In this document: piece by piece, positions 38,890 to 48,398 of the stretch
How positions within the stretch are numbered: the stretch's first letter is position 1
How the letters are laid out: every line of letters starts with the position of its first letter
Made by a program: the position numbers and the translations under genes
Notes under the pieces: model-generated
Databases searched by the model: none
What the model was told of the DNA's origin: nothing
What the model saw: the letters and a program-made list of their open reading frames with translations, nothing else
Source: Candidatus Latescibacterota bacterium
GTDB taxonomy: Bacteria; Latescibacterota; Latescibacteria; Latescibacterales; Latescibacteraceae
Reading direction: 5' to 3'
Length of the DNA: 64,000 nucleotides
NCBI GenBank assembly: GCA_016927495.1
Contig: JAFGMP010000040.1
Span: forward strand, 3,585-67,584

Positions 38890-39540
38890 ATGATTTTGAA
38901 GCAAAGTTGCTTCGGGTTTATTCTTTTATTATGTGTAGCGACAGGAGTAAAGGCACAAATTCACGGACTAAGTCTTGTCGATATGGCCGATCCCCCCGGG
39001 AAAGGGGCAAAACATTTCGTTGGCAGTACCTTTGTAGCTGAAACCTCGGCGCTTTACGGTGGACGTTTAGCATATGGTGTTACCGAAAGACTTCTGGTGT
39101 TCACGGATATGGGGGTGCATGATGCGGATTATTTCGATCCTGAGTTTTTGGGGCAGGCCGGTATGCGTTACACATTGCCCGTAAATCTCCCTTTCGATCT
39201 TGCTTTACGTATTACGACTATTCCCTATATTGCCAGCTACGAGCACTATGTCGAGTTTACCGTGGGTTTATTGGGGAGCCGTTATCTGGATTCCGGTTTA
39301 AACTGGGCAGTATACGGAAATGCGGGAATTGACCGTCAATTCTGGGAGCTAAAGGTTCCTTTCGATGCTGAAACAGCGGCTTTATATGGACAGGATTCCT
39401 ATATAGATAAAGGAAACAAAACGGAATTGTCGCTGACATTGGGATTAAGCAAAAAACTGACGAACTGGAGCCGATTTTTCATTGAAGCAGCCAATATCGA
39501 TGAATACTACGGTTGTACAGGGATTCGATTAGAACTGTAA
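38890..39540 (+). CDS. Small secreted or outer-membrane hypothetical protein
   Basis: Signal peptide MILKQSCFGFILLLCVATGVKAQ, 216 aa, Gly/Tyr-rich and beta-rich in composition. RBS GGGAGGA. Confidence 0.5.
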   Translation: MILKQSCFGFILLLCVATGVKAQIHGLSLVDMADPPGKGAKHFVGSTFVAETSALYGGRLAYGVTERLLVFTDMGVHDADYFDPEFLGQAGMRYTLPVNLPFDLALRITTIPYIASYEHYVEFTVGLLGSRYLDSGLNWAVYGNAGIDRQFWELKVPFDAETAALYGQDSYIDKGNKTELSLTLGLSKKLTNWSRFFIEAANIDEYYGCTGIRLEL

Positions 39541-39573
39541 TCCAATTTACCATTTCTGACGGTTGTGACCGTA

Positions 39574-41010
39574 ATGAATGAAAAAGCGATACATATTATA
39601 TCCACCGCAGGAACAATGATTCTCGGATTACTTGTAATGACATGGTTTCTGACGACAAACCCTGTTAAAAATCTTGTCGAACTCGTTCCCGGAATGGACA
39701 ACAGGCCCGCATCGATATCAACCGATCGGGAAAAAGTGGCAATTGGCGCTCTATATAAAGCTTTCGATGGAATTCCATCCGAAATAAAGGGCAGCTGGCC
39801 GCGCTTTCGCGGTGTGGATTATAATAATATCAGCAGCGAAGACATTAGACTGGCCGATGAATGGAGCAATACAGGGCCGCCTGTTTTATGGTCGGTCGAT
39901 TTAGGAGAAGGACATGCCGGCCCGATTGTAGCTAATGGCAGAGTATATCTTTTGGATTATGATGAAGAAAAAAGGGCTGATTTTCTACGCTGTTTTTCGT
40001 TTGATGACGGTAAAGAAATCTGGCGCCGCGGTTACGATGTGTTTATTAAACGAAATCACGGCATGTCACGGACAGTCCCTGCAGCCACTGATAAATTTAT
40101 TGTTACCATAGGCCCGAAATGCCAGGTCATGTGTGTCGATGCCGACACCGGGGCATTTCGATGGGGTATCGATCTGGAAAAAGAATATGGTGCTGAAATT
40201 CCATTGTGGTATACAGGCCAGTGTCCGTTAATCGATAATTCAATTGCTGTCATCGCGGTCGGAGGAAAATCATTAATAATTGCTGTGGATTGCGTAACCG
40301 GTACGGTTGTCTGGGAAACACCCAATCCGAATGACTGGAAAATGTCGCATTCTTCGATAATTCCCTATACCATTCACGGAAGAAAAATGTATGTATATTG
40401 CGCTTTGGGTGGTATTGCGGGAATATCGGCCGAAGATGATAGTGCAGGAAAAATTTTATTTGAAACCGATCTATGGAACAAAAATGTTATCGCGCCGTCC
40501 CCTGTGTATCTTGGAAACGGAAAACTGTTCGTAACATCGGGTTACGGCTCCGGCAGCATGATGCTCAATATCAGGGCTGAAAATAATACATTTGTTGTTG
40601 AACCGGTTCAGGAAATAAAACCCGGAGAAGGTATCTGCTCAGAGCAGCAAACCCCTTTGTACTATGATGGCCATTTATTCTGTATTTTACCGAAGGATGC
40701 CGGGCCGATGAGAAATCAGTTCGTTTGTTATTTACCGGATGATATCGGCAGACTTGTCTGGTCCAGCGGAACGACACATCGTTTTGGTCTTGGGCCGTAT
40801 CTAGTCGCCGATGATAAATTTTTTATCTTAAGTGACGAAGGGGTGTTAACGGTTATGAAGGCAAACACAAAAGAACCGATCATTCTGACACAGGCAAAGA
40901 TTTTGAACGGACATGATGCATGGGGACCGATGGCACTTGTGAACGGAAGGTTGTTAGCCAGAGATTCTCGCCGTCTGGTGTGTGTTGATATCCGGGCTTT
41001 AGATCGTTAG
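39574..41010 (+). CDS. PQQ/BamB-like beta-propeller repeat protein (paralog 3) with an N-terminal TM anchor
   Basis: TM IISTAGTMILGLLVMTWFL, then SWPRFRGVDYNNIS...GPPVLWSVDLGEGHAGPIVANGRVYLL, a WPxFRG-type propeller start. Confidence 0.7.
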   Translation: MNEKAIHIISTAGTMILGLLVMTWFLTTNPVKNLVELVPGMDNRPASISTDREKVAIGALYKAFDGIPSEIKGSWPRFRGVDYNNISSEDIRLADEWSNTGPPVLWSVDLGEGHAGPIVANGRVYLLDYDEEKRADFLRCFSFDDGKEIWRRGYDVFIKRNHGMSRTVPAATDKFIVTIGPKCQVMCVDADTGAFRWGIDLEKEYGAEIPLWYTGQCPLIDNSIAVIAVGGKSLIIAVDCVTGTVVWETPNPNDWKMSHSSIIPYTIHGRKMYVYCALGGIAGISAEDDSAGKILFETDLWNKNVIAPSPVYLGNGKLFVTSGYGSGSMMLNIRAENNTFVVEPVQEIKPGEGICSEQQTPLYYDGHLFCILPKDAGPMRNQFVCYLPDDIGRLVWSSGTTHRFGLGPYLVADDKFFILSDEGVLTVMKANTKEPIILTQAKILNGHDAWGPMALVNGRLLARDSRRLVCVDIRALDR

Positions 41011-41073
41011 AAATGATTTTGACAGAGTATTTTTTCATTTTCATTGAGTGATGGTTAAACGGAGATTTTAATA

Positions 41074-42066
41074 ATGACACCTGAAAAGAAAAACGACCTT
41101 GTACTGTTATGGTTGATAATAGGTGTTTCCGTTATCGGTACAATTTACTTTGTCTGGTCCGCTGTGTCGGAAAATACACGTTCGGTTCAGGAAAATCCGT
41201 ATAAATACAATATCGATTTCTTCAAAGAAATTGATCCGGCACTACTGATATATGCGGAGGTCAATACTATACCGCTCAGATTTCATACGGTATCGGGTAT
41301 TGCGGTCGATGCCAAAGATAACTTATATGTTACAGGTGATGAAAGCGTATCGATATTTACTAGTGAAGGAAACGTTCAATCAACTTTTCCCACGGATCAA
41401 ACTGCTCTTTGTCTTGATGTCGATGTTAACGGCGACCTATATCTGGGTATGAAAAATCACATTGAGATTTTTAACAGTAACGGTATTAAAAAAGCTCAGT
41501 GGGAGGATTTGGGAGTTAAAGCGTATATAACCTCGATTGCGATTACGGATGAATATGTCTTTGCCGCCGATGCCGGGAATCGTATTGTCCTAAAATATGA
41601 TAAAAATGGAAAATTCATACAAAAAATCGGAGAAAAAGATGAAAGCAGGGATATTCCCGGATTTATTGTCCCCAGTCCGTATTTTGATGTCAGCGTTGAC
41701 CCGGATGGTTTTCTCTGGATAGTGAATCCCGGACGTCATACGCTTGAAAACTATACACCGGAAGGCGACCTTAGATCATCATGGGGTGAATTTTCAATGA
41801 CAATCGAGGGCTTTTGCGGATGCTGTAATCCTACACATATAACTATTATGGATAGTGGTAATTTTGTAACGAGCGAAAAGGGAATTGCGAGAATCAAAGT
41901 CTTCAACAGACTGGGGAATCTTGAAGCAGTCGTTGCCGGCCCGGATAGGTTCAATGAGGAAACGGCGGGACTTGACCTCGCGTCTGATTCAAATGGTAGA
42001 ATATATATTTTGGATCCAATGAGAAAAGCGGTGCGGATTTTTGAGAAAAACGATCCCGGAGTATAA
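41074..42066 (+). CDS. Membrane-anchored NHL-repeat (6-bladed beta-propeller) protein
   Basis: TM LVLLWLIIGVSVIGTIYFVW. The NHL-like blades include GIAVDAKDNLYVTGD, GDLYLG, PYFDVSVDPDGFLWIVNPG and RIYILDP. CGCCNP is a Cys cluster. Confidence 0.6.
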   Translation: MTPEKKNDLVLLWLIIGVSVIGTIYFVWSAVSENTRSVQENPYKYNIDFFKEIDPALLIYAEVNTIPLRFHTVSGIAVDAKDNLYVTGDESVSIFTSEGNVQSTFPTDQTALCLDVDVNGDLYLGMKNHIEIFNSNGIKKAQWEDLGVKAYITSIAITDEYVFAADAGNRIVLKYDKNGKFIQKIGEKDESRDIPGFIVPSPYFDVSVDPDGFLWIVNPGRHTLENYTPEGDLRSSWGEFSMTIEGFCGCCNPTHITIMDSGNFVTSEKGIARIKVFNRLGNLEAVVAGPDRFNEETAGLDLASDSNGRIYILDPMRKAVRIFEKNDPGV

Positions 42067-42069
42067 CAA

Positions 42070-42306
42070 ATGAAACATAAACCCGAAATAAATGATAAAA
42101 GAAGAGCAATACTGAAACGCGGAGCACGCTTTTTTTTTCTTGGCGGAATTGCGCTTCTATGCGGATTATTTGGAATGCGTAAAAGCCGTCTATCAGACAG
42201 AAATTTTGGTTGTGAAATTGATCTGCCCTGCAGGGAATGCTCGAAATTCAACGGTTGTACTATTTCAAAAGCTGCGGAAACAAAAGCGAGTAAAGAGTCA
42301 AAATGA
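42070..42306 (+). CDS. Small (78 aa) protein with a Tat-like N-terminus and a C-x5-C-x2-C-x5-C cluster
   Basis: KRRAILKRGARFFFLGGIALLCGLFG is followed by CEIDLPCRECSKFNGC. It is tightly packed between the NHL gene and the Tat-ferredoxin gene, but whether it is really coding is uncertain. Confidence 0.35.
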   Translation: MKHKPEINDKRRAILKRGARFFFLGGIALLCGLFGMRKSRLSDRNFGCEIDLPCRECSKFNGCTISKAAETKASKESK

Positions 42307-42318
42307 TAAAGGTTATTC

Positions 42319-42903
42319 ATGGCAGAAAACGATTCGAAAAACAAGGTCAACAGGCGCGATGTTATGCGTTTCAGCCTTAATACTTTTGCCGGACTCGCTG
42401 TTGGCGGTGTGTCGGGTATGCTAATCACAAACTCGAACTCCAGGGAAATGGTCTGGCAGATCGATCCAAACGTCTGTATTCAGTGCGAAAAATGTTCGAC
42501 AAATTGTGTGCTGCCTCAATCCGCGGTGAAATGCGTGCATTCCTATTCGATGTGCGGATATTGCGATTTATGCAGCGGATATCTCGAACCAGGCGCTGTA
42601 TCCCGTGATACAGGCGCTGAAAATCAACTGTGCCCGACCGGTGCGATAAAAAGAAAATTTATCGAAGATCCTTATTTTCAATACACGATCGATGAAGAAC
42701 TCTGTATCGGGTGTGGCAAATGTGTTAAAGGTTGCGGTTCTTTCGGTAATGGCTCCCTGTATCTTCAGGTTCGTCATGATCTATGCTTGAATTGCAACGA
42801 ATGTTCTATCGCCAGATCATGTCCATCCCAGGCGTACAGGCGTGTTCCTGCCGACTCTCCCTACATATTAAGGGGGGATGAAGGAGCTAAGAATAGCAGT
42901 TAA
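42319..42903 (+). CDS. Tat-exported 4x[4Fe-4S] ferredoxin (NapG/MauM-like)
   Basis: The Tat motif NRRDVMRFSLNTFAGLAVGG is present. Four Cys clusters follow: CIQCEKCSTNC, CGYCDLCSGY, CIGCGKCVKGC and CLNCNECSIARSCP. Confidence 0.7.
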   Translation: MAENDSKNKVNRRDVMRFSLNTFAGLAVGGVSGMLITNSNSREMVWQIDPNVCIQCEKCSTNCVLPQSAVKCVHSYSMCGYCDLCSGYLEPGAVSRDTGAENQLCPTGAIKRKFIEDPYFQYTIDEELCIGCGKCVKGCGSFGNGSLYLQVRHDLCLNCNECSIARSCPSQAYRRVPADSPYILRGDEGAKNSS

Positions 42904-42977
42904 AATTTTGACATTAAATTGCATTAAAAAATTTATTAGCCTCGGATGAACGCGGATATAATACTAAAATATTTTGA

Positions 42978-44306
42978 TTGAAGATTATGATAAAAGTAAA
43001 AAAACTTATAATGTCACTAAACATTCTGCTCTTCAAACCATCTTTTGTGTTATCACAAGTGGTGGAACGGTTCCCCAAACCGGATTTTCAATCAGATTAT
43101 ACCCGGCCACTGTTGCAGACTCCTGAGCCGCGGATTAAGTTGTATGAATATTTCGACCTGTTTGTATTAATCACCGCTCTTTCACTGGCTTCATATTTTG
43201 CATTGAAACTCCGTTCACGGACCAAAATGTTTTTATTGATGATATTCTGCCTTCTCTATTTCGGTTTTTTCCGAAAGGGGTGTATTTGCCCGGTCGGCTC
43301 GGTTCAAAATGTCAGTCTTGCGCTGTTTGATGCTGCCTATACTATTCCTGCGACCGTCATTGCGTTTTTTGCTTTACCGCTGGTGTTTACTTTATTTTTC
43401 GGACGAACATTCTGTGCCGCCGTATGCCCTTTAGGAGCCATTCAGGATGTGGTCATCTTTAAACCGGCTGTTGTAAGTCCCTGGATTGCTCAGGTTCTCG
43501 GAATGATTCCATACCTGTATCTCGGGCTGGCAGTTCTGTTTGCATCGACCGGCGCCGGATTTATTATCTGTCAGTATGATCCTTTTGTGGGTTTTTTCAG
43601 ATTTGGCGCGTCTTTTAATATGATTGCTTTGGGAATATCCCTGTTAATTCTGGGAACTGTTGTCGCACGGCCCTATTGCAGATTTCTCTGTCCGTACGGC
43701 GTTATATTGAACTGGATGTCACGACTGTCGAAATGGCATGTTACCATTACCCCTGCGGAGTGTATTAATTGCCGTCTCTGTGAGGAATCCTGTCCGTTCG
43801 GAGCCATTAACATGCCTGTTATGGAGCATCCGGTAAATCGTGGAAAAAGCATTCGTTTTCTGGCAGTGCTATTTATTCTGTTGCCGGTCGTTGTCATGGG
43901 AAACGGGTGGGTGTTTTCACGATTGTCAGTTCCGCTCTCAGGCCAGCATTTCACCGTATCGTTGGCTGCAAAAATTCAGTCCGAAAACTCAGGTATAACT
44001 ACCGGGACAACTGAAGAAACCGACGCTTTCCGTGCCTCAGGAAAAACTGTTGAGGAACTCTTCCGGGAAGCATCGGTAATTCGACAGAAATTTCGGACCG
44101 GTGGATGGATTTTTGGAGGATTTTTAGGATTAATAATCTGCTTAAAATTGATAAACTTGACCGTTATAAGGCGACATGACGATTATACTGCGGATTCGGG
44201 AACTTGTTTCAGCTGTGCACGGTGTTTTTCCTATTGTCCGATCGAACAGGTCCGGCTTGGTAACATGGATCCCGATGAGGCTTCGAAGATAAAAAAATCA
44301 CGTTAA
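42978..44306 (+). CDS. Integral-membrane polyferredoxin (NapH/MauN/FixG-like)
   Basis: Multiple TM helices carry CAAVCPLGAIQD and CRFLCPYGVIL (CxxxCP) motifs. Two cytoplasmic ferredoxin motifs follow: CINCRLCEESCP and CFSCARCFSYCP. Confidence 0.7.
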   Translation: MKIMIKVKKLIMSLNILLFKPSFVLSQVVERFPKPDFQSDYTRPLLQTPEPRIKLYEYFDLFVLITALSLASYFALKLRSRTKMFLLMIFCLLYFGFFRKGCICPVGSVQNVSLALFDAAYTIPATVIAFFALPLVFTLFFGRTFCAAVCPLGAIQDVVIFKPAVVSPWIAQVLGMIPYLYLGLAVLFASTGAGFIICQYDPFVGFFRFGASFNMIALGISLLILGTVVARPYCRFLCPYGVILNWMSRLSKWHVTITPAECINCRLCEESCPFGAINMPVMEHPVNRGKSIRFLAVLFILLPVVVMGNGWVFSRLSVPLSGQHFTVSLAAKIQSENSGITTGTTEETDAFRASGKTVEELFREASVIRQKFRTGGWIFGGFLGLIICLKLINLTVIRRHDDYTADSGTCFSCARCFSYCPIEQVRLGNMDPDEASKIKKSR

Positions 44307-44339
44307 CGAATTCTCAAATTACCATTTGAAAACAGTGAT

Positions 44340-46034
44340 ATGAACGAAAATAATACGTCCCAAATATGGTACACTGCCGCAAAAAGAATTGCCGCTGTAT
44401 CGGCTGCTTTTGCCCTGATTCTGAGCGTATTGCTGGTTATCAATTACATTCAGACAAAAAGGATCGATCCTCTGAACAGCAAAGCATTAAATCAGTTAAT
44501 GGTCGAATTGCAGAAAAACCAGAATGACGAAGCTCTCAAAGAACAAATCAGAGCGCTCGATTTACTTGCAAGAAAAGCCTATTTCACCAACCTCTGGCAA
44601 GTTCGAACCGGCAGCTTATTACTCTTCGCATTCGTTTTGACCTTCCTGATCGCGTTAAAGTACATAAGTTCTTTTCAAACCCGGTTTCCTGATCTGACAG
44701 CGGTTCCTGACTATGAACAAATGTGGGAGAACAGACTTTTTGCACGAAAATATATAATCTTTACCGGTTTGGGATTGTTTGTTTTTGCCTTCGTCCTGAG
44801 TGTCTTGACCGAGGATGGATTGTCACGCGCAGGAATGGAGAAAGGTGAATCAGCGGATGAGGTTTCAACATTACCGGGTATAGAAGAAATCAAACAGAAC
44901 TGGCCGAATTTCAGAGGCCCGGAAGGTATCGGCATGGCTTATAACATCACGGTACCGACACAATGGGACGGCAGAACCGGTGAAAATATTCTGTGGAAAA
45001 CCGAAATTCCTGTACACGGCTTCAATTCACCTATAATCTGGGGAAAAAAAATATTTTTATCCGGCGCGGACCGTAACACAGAAGTTGTGTATTGTATCGA
45101 TGCGGATTCCGGTGAAATACTCTGGCAAACCGAATTGAACGACATCCCCGGTTCACCCGTTGATCGTCCTGACAATACGGAAGATACCGGATTTGCCGCT
45201 CCGACAATGGCGACAGACGGACTCCGGGTATTTATTCTCTTTGGCACGGGTGATGTGGCGTGCCTGGATTTTGATGGGAACAGGATATGGGCAAAAAATA
45301 TAGGCGTTCCGGAAAATCATTACGGCCATTCCTCATCGTTGATCACATTCCGTAATTTACTATTGATACAGTATGATCAAAACTCCGGCGGCCATCTTAT
45401 TGCTTTAAAAACCGATACCGGGGATTTGGTTTATGATCAGCAGCGTGACATCGAAATATCATGGGCATCCCCTATCCTTGTCAATACCGGAAAAAGAGAC
45501 GAAATCATCCTTAATTCAAGCCCTGATGTCATATCACATGATCCTTTAACAGGTAAAGAACTCTGGCGAATTGACTGTATGTCGGGTGAGGTTGCGCCGT
45601 CGCTTGCCTATGCGGACGGAATCGTTTTTGCTGTCAATCAATATGCTAAACTGGCGGCGATAAAACTTAATGGCGCTCCGGAGATACTATGGGAATCCGA
45701 AGACGATCTTGCCGAAGTTTCAAGCCCTGTAGCTACTAAAGATTTTGTGTTTGTTGCAGCGAGTTACGGAACGATATCCTGTTACGACAGCAAAACGGGT
45801 GAACGGTACTGGTTTGAGGATTTACCGAAAGGTTTCTACTCCTCACCTGTTGTAGTTGGAGACAATGTGTATCTAATGGATATGGCGGGCACGATGTATA
45901 TTTTTAAAACCATGAAAGAATTTAGCCTTGTCAACACCTGCGAACTTGGAGAATCGGCGGTTACAATCCCGGCTTTTATGCATAACAGAATTTACATACG
46001 TGGGTTTAAACATCTTTACTGTATCGGTGATTAA
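44340..46034 (+). CDS. PQQ/BamB-like beta-propeller repeat protein (paralog 4) with an N-terminal multi-TM segment
   Basis: There are three hydrophobic helices in the first 170 aa. Then NWPNFRGPEGIGMAY...ILWKTEIPVHGFNSPIIWGKKIFLSGA starts the propeller. Confidence 0.7.
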   Translation: MNENNTSQIWYTAAKRIAAVSAAFALILSVLLVINYIQTKRIDPLNSKALNQLMVELQKNQNDEALKEQIRALDLLARKAYFTNLWQVRTGSLLLFAFVLTFLIALKYISSFQTRFPDLTAVPDYEQMWENRLFARKYIIFTGLGLFVFAFVLSVLTEDGLSRAGMEKGESADEVSTLPGIEEIKQNWPNFRGPEGIGMAYNITVPTQWDGRTGENILWKTEIPVHGFNSPIIWGKKIFLSGADRNTEVVYCIDADSGEILWQTELNDIPGSPVDRPDNTEDTGFAAPTMATDGLRVFILFGTGDVACLDFDGNRIWAKNIGVPENHYGHSSSLITFRNLLLIQYDQNSGGHLIALKTDTGDLVYDQQRDIEISWASPILVNTGKRDEIILNSSPDVISHDPLTGKELWRIDCMSGEVAPSLAYADGIVFAVNQYAKLAAIKLNGAPEILWESEDDLAEVSSPVATKDFVFVAASYGTISCYDSKTGERYWFEDLPKGFYSSPVVVGDNVYLMDMAGTMYIFKTMKEFSLVNTCELGESAVTIPAFMHNRIYIRGFKHLYCIGD

Positions 46035-46037
46035 TAC

Positions 46038-48398
46038 TTGACTGTGACTATAGACAAAGAAAACATCATCGCTGAAACAGACCGGATCGTGCAAAAAACA
46101 GGCACGGCTGAAAGCGCTGTAATCCCTATTCTGCATGCCATCCAGAAAAAATACAACTACCTCCCCGAATCTGCGCTCAGAAGAGTGTGTGAAATTACCG
46201 ATATTACTCCTGCCTCGATCACCGGTGTATCCACATTCTACACACAATTTCGTCACACTCCGGTCGGTAAACACATAATCCATGTTTGTGTCGGTACCGC
46301 CTGCCATGTTAAAGGCGCCCAACTGGTCTATGATGCCTTTTTTCGGGAACTGGGAATAACGGGAAATCAGGATACCGATTCAAACGGTTTATTCACCGTG
46401 CAAAAGGTAGCATGCCTCGGTTGCTGTACGCTCGCTCCTGTAGTACAGATCGATGATGTAACTTACGGGCATGTCAAAACTAACACTGTTTCCACTGTTC
46501 TTCAGGATTTTCTGTCGGGCCGGACTAAAAAAGGTGAATACCGGCCATCGGATAAAACCTCTTCCGGACAAGTTGGTGAAATCAGAATCGGGCTGGGATC
46601 ATGCTGCGTCGCTAGCGGCAGCAACAAGGTCCGCCAGGAACTGGAACAGTGCCTTATTGATACAGGCATAAAGACTCAGGTTAAACGAGTCGGATGTGTG
46701 GGAATGTGTCACCGTACACCGCTTATGGAAGTGATAACACCCGATCAGGAACCGGTGTTATATGATAAAGTTCAACCTAAGGACGTAAGAAGGATACTGC
46801 TCACCCATTACCGGCCCAAATCATTGACAAAACAGTTGAAGAATACAGCGGTTGGTTTTCTGGAAAACATTCTGGAAAACAATCAACCAAATGAACCTAT
46901 CCGGCAATCATTCAATACTCGCGACCCTCATATAAACTCATTCTTAGGCACACAGGTGCATATTGCCACGGAATATTGCGGTGAAATAGATCCATTGGAT
47001 ATCGGAGAATATAGGTTACGAGATGGATTCAGGGCGCTGGTAAAGTGTTTAAATGAGTATGATCCTCAGGAGATAATCGAATTTATCAGATCGAGCGGAC
47101 TAAGGGGAAGAGGCGGCGCGGGGTTCTCAACCGGTGAAAAATGGTACATAGTTCATAAGTCTGACGACGAGAAAAAATACCTGATATGCAACGGCGACGA
47201 GGGCGATCCCGGAGCTTTTATGGACCGGATGATACTGGAATCGTACCCCTTCAGAGTGATCGAAGGAATGATTATAGCCGCAAAGGCTGTTGGTGCGCAT
47301 GAGGGTTTTCTCTATATTCGGGCGGAATATCCTCTTGCTGTAGAACGTATCAAAAACGCTATTTCCCAGTGCGAACACAATGGGTTACTCGGTAATAATA
47401 TTCAGGACAGTGATTTCTCCCTTACCTTGAAGGTTATGGAGGGAGCAGGCGCTTTTGTTTGCGGAGAGGAGACCGCCCTGATCTCATCTATAGAAGGGCA
47501 CCGGGGAATACCCCGCTTCCGCCCACCCTATCCGGCACAAAAAGGTCTGTGGGGACATTCGACGCTGGTCAACAACTGTGAAACCTATGCGACTGTGCCC
47601 TGGATTTTACGAAACGGTGCAAAGGAATTTTCACAAATGGGGACAGACAAAAGCAAAGGTACCAAAGTATTCTCTCTGGCCGGAAAAATTGCCCGGGGTG
47701 GTTTGATCGAAGTACCGATGGGTATCACTATCCGTGAAATTGTGGAGGAAATAGGCGGCGGTATCGAATACGGCAGACAATTCAAAGCTGTTCAGATCGG
47801 CGGTCCTTCGGGTGGATGTATTCCTGCCGAGATGGCCGACATCAGAGTCGATTATGAAGATTTGACAAAAGCAGGCGCGATGATGGGGTCGGGCGGACTA
47901 CTGGTGATGGATGAGAACGATTGTATGGTGGATATTGCCCGGTATTTTCTGACATTCACCTGCGATCAGTCATGTGGAAAGTGCACTTTTTGCCGTATCG
48001 GAACACGGTATATGCTTGATATCCTCAACAAAATATGCGCCGGTAAGGGAACTTTGACCGATCTGCAAAAACTTGAAGAAATCGCCTGTAAGACAAAACA
48101 AAGAAGCCTTTGCGGACTGGGGAAAACCGCTCCGAACCCTGTATTGACCACTCTGAGATATTTCAGGGAGGAATATGAGGCTCATTTGAAAGGAATCTGC
48201 CCGGCGAAACGATGCAAGGATCTTATAAAATATTCAATCGATGACAGTTGTATCGGCTGCACCATCTGCGCTCAAAAATGCCCGGTGGGAGCGATTTCGA
48301 TAATGCCCTATCAGAAGCATATCATCAAACAGGATGTCTGCATAAAATGCGGTACATGTAAACAGGTTTGTCCGACAGATTCCGTGGTGATTCTATGA
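46038..48398 (+). CDS. NuoE-like [2Fe-2S] + NuoF-like (FMN/NADH, [4Fe-4S]) + 2x[4Fe-4S] ferredoxin fusion protein (HndC/HydB/FdsB-like)
   Basis: The NuoE part is HVCVGTACHVKGA...CLGCCTLAPVVQIDDVTYG. The NuoF part is GLRGRGGAGFSTGEKW (FMN), GEETALISSIEG (NADH) and SCGKCTFCRIG. The C-terminus is CIGCTICAQKCP...CIKCGTCKQVCP. Confidence 0.8.
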   Translation: MTVTIDKENIIAETDRIVQKTGTAESAVIPILHAIQKKYNYLPESALRRVCEITDITPASITGVSTFYTQFRHTPVGKHIIHVCVGTACHVKGAQLVYDAFFRELGITGNQDTDSNGLFTVQKVACLGCCTLAPVVQIDDVTYGHVKTNTVSTVLQDFLSGRTKKGEYRPSDKTSSGQVGEIRIGLGSCCVASGSNKVRQELEQCLIDTGIKTQVKRVGCVGMCHRTPLMEVITPDQEPVLYDKVQPKDVRRILLTHYRPKSLTKQLKNTAVGFLENILENNQPNEPIRQSFNTRDPHINSFLGTQVHIATEYCGEIDPLDIGEYRLRDGFRALVKCLNEYDPQEIIEFIRSSGLRGRGGAGFSTGEKWYIVHKSDDEKKYLICNGDEGDPGAFMDRMILESYPFRVIEGMIIAAKAVGAHEGFLYIRAEYPLAVERIKNAISQCEHNGLLGNNIQDSDFSLTLKVMEGAGAFVCGEETALISSIEGHRGIPRFRPPYPAQKGLWGHSTLVNNCETYATVPWILRNGAKEFSQMGTDKSKGTKVFSLAGKIARGGLIEVPMGITIREIVEEIGGGIEYGRQFKAVQIGGPSGGCIPAEMADIRVDYEDLTKAGAMMGSGGLLVMDENDCMVDIARYFLTFTCDQSCGKCTFCRIGTRYMLDILNKICAGKGTLTDLQKLEEIACKTKQRSLCGLGKTAPNPVLTTLRYFREEYEAHLKGICPAKRCKDLIKYSIDDSCIGCTICAQKCPVGAISIMPYQKHIIKQDVCIKCGTCKQVCPTDSVVIL

